DNA of 56,255 nucleotides, filler included, from Sphacelaria rigidula (Eukaryota): NCBI GenBank assembly GCA_964200075.2. It is 5 parts of 5 records of this genome, joined end to end, with 100 filler letters (N's around TTAATTAATTAA, not from the genome) between each part and the next. Parts side by side here need not be neighbours in the genome. Positions count along the whole stretch, not along the records: positions 45,087 to 56,255 come from CAXNAA020005289.1; 4 more parts are not named here. One strand, 5' to 3'. Shown piece by piece: positions 51,201 to 56,255 of this stretch (position 1 is its first letter; each line of letters starts with the position of its first letter). The notes under the pieces were generated by a model. It saw only the letters and a program-made list of their open reading frames with translations, ran no database searches and was not told where the DNA came from. The position numbers and the translations under genes were made by a program.

Positions 51201-54200
51201 ACCCCTCCTCAACACCATCCCTATACTCTCTACTTCGCGTTACCGTTTCTTTGCTCTCCACTTCACCATGTGAAGTGACCAGGTGTGCGGAAGATCTGCG
51301 TGAAGAGATTGATGCAAATAGGCAGTGGTTCCCTCGACATAGCAACAGTAAGAAACACCGGTTCACAACGAGACACACGGAATGACGAGCAGCTGAGACA
51401 CCATCGTACGGTGTATCTCACCCGGATTCAATATTTTAGGCAGATTTGTGCGTGCCGGCAACGATTTCTACGTTCGTTCAACATACCGACATTTCAGGCC
51501 GCGACATCTGCTTCATACGGGCTAAAAGAATAGCCTCGACCTTCTGTTGTGACGCTGCTTTCCATGCCGAATGAACCACCGCAGCATTTCCCATGGCTCG
51601 TGCCCCCCCTACCGCCTCCCATCACGATGTCCTACCCACAATTCGCAACACTCTACACAGATTTGTGGAAGACCTTCGCCACGAGTTTGATGAAAACAGG
51701 CGTCGACCGCCGTTACGGCCAAACGAGCCGCCCTTTGCGGGGTCCGCTGTGTGGGCACATTCACTCGCTCGGGGGGTAGAAGAGGCCTGGTCCCATCTCA
51801 GGAACTGTCGGCACATGGCGAAGGCTATGGCTAGCGATGAAGCGGAGGCGGCTTTGTGCATGGGAGCATGCAAGGATGCGCAATCTGCCTACACGGGTTT
51901 TGTTTCAGTCGTTGGAGATTTCAAAGCAAACAGGTACGGCCCTAAGGTGCACGTCTAGCCGATGAAAATCTTGGCGAGAACACTGATATGAAAAAAAGAA
52001 AACGCATTGGTTGTCATGTCTGCATCCCTTCCCACCACCCTGCCCTCCCCCTACCCGTCTCAGGTATCAGGCATGGGTAGACCACCTGAATTCCGTTATC
52101 GAGACAGCTCCACTCGGGGCAAGGCTGGACGTGCCTCTGCTACGAAGAGCCGATTCAGAACCTGCTATCCCGCCCCATCATTCAGCCATAACCCAGCAGC
52201 AACAGCTGGTGGCTGGTAGAGCGGCAGCTGCTGGGGGGGGAGGAGGAGCAGCCGGTAAGGGGCAACAAAATTCCGGGCAATCTAGTGGAGCGGGTGGAGA
52301 AAAGGCAGCTTCCGGGGGTGTCACTGGTGGGGGCACAGCGGCGGCCGGGGGGGGTATACCCGGGGGTTCAGGCGTTGTTAGCGGAGCTGTTGTGGGCGGC
52401 GGTGGGAAAAATGTGCACCAGGTGTGTTAGTTTTGGGGTCTTAACCTGAAAGCCGCCGATTGGTCCGTTTGTGGCCCATGCCGATTGTCGGACGAGCTCT
52501 TGACTTGATCTTGACATCATGATTAGTCCTGTTGTGATACGATCCGAAATGGGTAACTCGCAGGGTGTAAGTTTGTCAGGCCCTGTACTGCGAGGCGATT
52601 CATGTTTTGAGTCTGTGCCGTACTGTCAAAGCGAGCTTCTGTGATTCGACGATATTGTGCACACGTTACGCAGTAACGGGCGGAACAGTCGAATAGTTAG
52701 GATACATTTCCAAATAACGCTTGACTAATGCGGGGTTCTATTGAAGAAGTCACATTAGTTCATCGAGTAGAAGCCCGCCCAATGATGGATGCCCACCAAA
52801 ACTGTTACGAAATGATTTTAGTGAATGTGAGATGTTTAGATATTTTCACCCATCAATCATAACCAAAGACGCGAACGTTAGTAACTTGCCGCTTTCCAAG
52901 TATATATACACTTAGCCAGGGAACATGATCTCCAACCGCCTCCAGTTGCTCACACTTACTGCTCTCGCCCTCTCACACTGACGAAGAAATCATATCCTTT
53001 GATCGATCTAAGAGAGTTGTGAACTATACATTCATAAAGTTGCAGCATGTAGAAGTAAAGTTGGGGCACATGTTACACTCCAGGGAGGGGGTGCCATTGT
53101 TTCGCCAGTAATAACTGCGTAGGTCGGCACTTGAGTACCTGATACCTTGCGTTGTTTTTACTTGGTCTTCCTTGCTTGCACGTGGCGTCAGAGGGAATTT
53201 TCTTCGGCAGTTGCTTTTCTTTGTCTGCCCACTCTTGATGTTTCCCGAGCGCCAGTATCTCCTCTACAATTGCGGGCAAATATTAAAAGCACCCTGAAGC
53301 TGTCGTGCGCACCGAGTACTGTAGCTGAAACTCTCGTACGAATACTGTCGTGGCTATTCTGTGACAGGCGGACGGCACAGTGGTGCTCTTGAGCATAGGC
53401 TTGTCCGCCTCACAATTCGAAAGATGGACAGGCTAGGGGTCAACATTCCTATATCTGCGAATACTTTTTTATATTATTTTAGGCATGCTCATCGTTCCAG
53501 CATATCCGCTCTCAGCACCCTTTAGCCAGACGAGGTTTTACACGGCGTTCATATCGGGTACAGTGGGAATCATTATATCATTTAGTGTGCTTCAACAATA
53601 GTAGTACCAGAGTTGGCTATTCCAACGAATTCACGAAAACTTCCCTGAAGAGATCCGTCAGTGTAGAGTTTGAATGTTGGTATCATGTCCCCGTGAAGCA
53701 TTAACGTCGTTCGATACCAACGACAGTTGGTGAACCGCCCAGGAAAATGAAATATGATCATTTGATTACAGCGCGTTATCCCGGGGACGAACGTAGTACG
53801 ATGCTGAGGCGTTGCACTTCCTTTTCTCCTTCACATCATCCTGATTCATCTCGATACGCGTTCCTCCTCATGTGTGACGGTCATATGGCAGCACCTCGTG
53901 TGCAACTTCGACTTGGATCTACTGGCGTTGTTCTCAGAGGTTAGCCATTGGGAAAAATTTCAGGTGAGGTCAAGGCCCTTGTGAACCCCGTCTGATTGTG
54001 TGCGCAGTGAACGTACTCAGATATATTACCACGATGCTTGGGAGGAAACGTCTTTGCACGTTTTGCTCTTCTCTTTTTTCTTGTCACGCTTTTTACCCCT
54101 CCTTTTCCTCGGAACAAATCCGTGGTGTCAAGGGATCGGCCCATCTTTCCCCTGGGAAGGGCTTTATTCATTTATTTATTTATTCATTCGTCACACTTTG

Positions 54201-56151
54201 AACCCCTCTCCTTCCTTGGGACGAGTCCGTGGTCTCAAGGGATTAACCCATCTCTCCCTGGTAGGGCTGTACCTGATTTTTCATTTTCCGAGCATGTGCT
54301 CTGGCCGGCCATGTGCTCTGGCCGGCCATCAGACGTTCGTCTCAAGGCAAGCCGTATTACGCGGCAGAAGGTGACTACCTTGTATCGAGGAGTCGTACCT
54401 CGAACCGTGCGGGTCCCCGAGAATGACGTGCGATTAAAAATACGCAAGTCCTTATGCATGTCCAAGATGGGAGCGTTGGAACCTCACCGGCGACGACAGT
54501 GAACCGTAAATCCTGCGATACGTTCGGAAGAATCGATGGGGGTCGAGGCATTCGCGCGTGTCTCGGTACATCAAGCCAGCATTACACTTCCGAATATTCG
54601 ATGATTCGTAACGACCCTGGATCTCGTCCTTGCGGCTTCTGGTTGGTTGATTTATTGATTGTCGCACCTTTACTGCTCCCCCAGGGATCCAGTGGTGGTC
54701 GCATGATAGGCGTACCGGAGATAAAAAACAAAACAGAAATATATAGAACAGACAAAGCACAGTAAACTAAGTCGGTATCACCGACTTTTGCGGCGGTGAC
54801 TACGCTTGGGAAACGTTTCTCCGTTCGAGAGATTCAATCAAGATATTTCGATAGCATAGGATCTCCGCGCAGTGTAGAAGGTTTGTCATGTTCCGACGGA
54901 TGGAATGGCTGCGCAGTGCGCACTGTTTCTCGGGAAGACCTTGTTCAAGAACGTCATTACCCAGAAAGGTTATACCCCGGCACCTACTGAAAGCAAGGCA
55001 GTAGGGAATATTCTGAGGTATACATATTCTTGTCAAATTATCTGCCGGTGCGCTGTAGTAGGGCTTGTCAATTGAGCGCATGCTACATTCCTTTCGCATA
55101 AGGTCATAGCGTTCGATCCTCGTGTTTCTCAGGGGGAGTTCTCTGTGCCCTACGCGGCCCACGATATTTGCAACCAGCGTGAAAAGCTACGAGAGCAGCG
55201 AGAGCATGTACTACTGGTCGTACGTGACTACAACAGTGAGTGCCACCACGTGTACACAGTCGGAATTGATAGTCGCGACGATCTTCACGTGCGTATGCTC
55301 CAACGGCGATGGGTTTTCCAGTTGTGGAGTTGTTAAGTGCACACTAAGTGTAGATGTTGCATCATCCAGCGAATGTCTACTGTAGCCAGAAATACTTGAA
55401 AGGGTTACTTCTTCACCGGCGGTATTCTCTGCTCAGTTTTGTCAAGCATATGCCCCCCCCTATGATTGATTTTCTGTACCCAAGCGCTCCATTTTCTGTG
55501 TTTTGCTTGTGGCGGAAAATTGAACAAAGAATGCCCACCGTGTACTTGCTGAATCGGAACGTACAGTGCAGTATAGAGTAGTACATATTCAGTTCTGGTA
55601 TTGCAAGGGCAATACACCATGTGCCGATCGAAAATTAGAACGCCAAGAGATGAACCTGAACAGCGCCCCTCTTGGATTTGATGCTGTTCCGGTTTATTCC
55701 ACAATCAGAATGACGATGCTTCTTACACCAATCAACAATTTCCGACACATTTCCGTCCCACAGCTTTTCGGTGTAGGAACGGTGCTCCGTCTCGAAACGG
55801 ATGCGTGGTCAATGGTCACCCGACTAAGGCAAGCAACAAATGACTACCCCCCCCCCCCCCACAGCTATTTGGTGGGCAGTAGGCCCCTCTGCGATCGATT
55901 CTTGACCACCGTGAGATGGGCTTAAAACATGCTGCGGCGGTGTACACGGTGGTTTTTCCTTGCGCGATATCCGACGTATCTCCCCGTGCGCCTTCGTTGC
56001 ACTTCGTCGCTCGTGTCCTTACATGCTGTACAAAAACAAGGCATTCTCGATGAGCTGGATCCTTCCGAGAGAAAGTTATTCTCGGACAACATTCGCCGGC
56101 TGGACAAGCGTATTCATCAAGGGATGACTAAATTGACGTGGAGCTCCAAGG
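45223..56151 (+). CDS. DNAH2: Axonemal dynein heavy chain, N-terminal tail (DHC_N1), DNAH2 / inner-arm I1-beta-like; internal fragment
   Basis: Twelve phase-compatible exons: 45223-45363, 45708-45845, 46894-47004, 47110-47202, 48696-48830, 49263-49409, 50228-50385, 51661-51933, 52064-52421, 53892-53963, 55133-55235, 56041-56151. Motifs EANNNLKFL, IRMIWNLSKFYNTEERLTGLLRKISNE, SIFAQIDAFVQRC, LDVKTSRWHDDYNSFK, CNFDLDLLALFSEVSHWE, GMTKLTW. Confidence 0.9.
47395..47617. mobile_element. 223-bp MITE, TGT..ACA ends, 5-bp TSD, telomere-like core
   Basis: 36-bp imperfect TIRs (TGTAATGCGT..TTAGAGGACCG); CAGAC on both flanks; TTAGG(G)-like repeats at ~47455-47501. Confidence 0.8.
54075..54290 (-). repeat. 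Two adjacent SINE 3'-end fragments
   Basis: CACACTTTGAACCCCTC..GAGTCCGTGGTCTCAAGGGAT..CCCATCTCTCCC matches 9891-9960; different simple-repeat tails. Confidence 0.7.
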
Positions 56152-56255
56152 GTGGGTTGTTCACCGCCGTTGATTCCTGCCTTTCACCATGAAAATGAGC
56201 TTCTTTTTTTTTTTGTCCCCAGAGGACAGGAAGGAAGCTTAAACCATGCACTTCG

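Overview
Eukaryotic DNA, most likely from a brown alga (Ectocarpus-like: ~50% GC, short exons, kb-scale introns; taxon inferred). The window is not one locus. It is five unplaced contigs of near-identical, decreasing length (1-11173, 11274-22445, 22546-33717, 33818-44986, 45087-56255) joined by artificial 100-nt spacers (N44-TTAATTAATTAA-N44), so neighbourhood across spacers is meaningless. Contig 1 holds part of a phosphoglycolate phosphatase (HAD IIA) gene and a tRNA-derived SINE. Contig 2 holds a head-to-tail pair of a short-LTR, Gag-only retroelement abutting a decayed Ty1/copia pol plus LTR, and a Stowaway-like foldback MITE. Contig 3 holds the first two exons of RAD51 and a decayed Gypsy relic. 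Contig 4 holds an apparently complete 4-exon gene for a ~756-aa protein: a DUF4258/RelE-like small N-terminal domain, a vWA domain and an alpha-kinase. This is the best candidate for an undescribed system. Contig 4 also has a nested 550-bp palindrome. Contig 5 holds 12 exons of an axonemal dynein heavy chain (DNAH2/I1-beta-like) N-terminal tail with two consecutive GC-AG introns. All calls come from reading the sequence by eye; no database searches were run.
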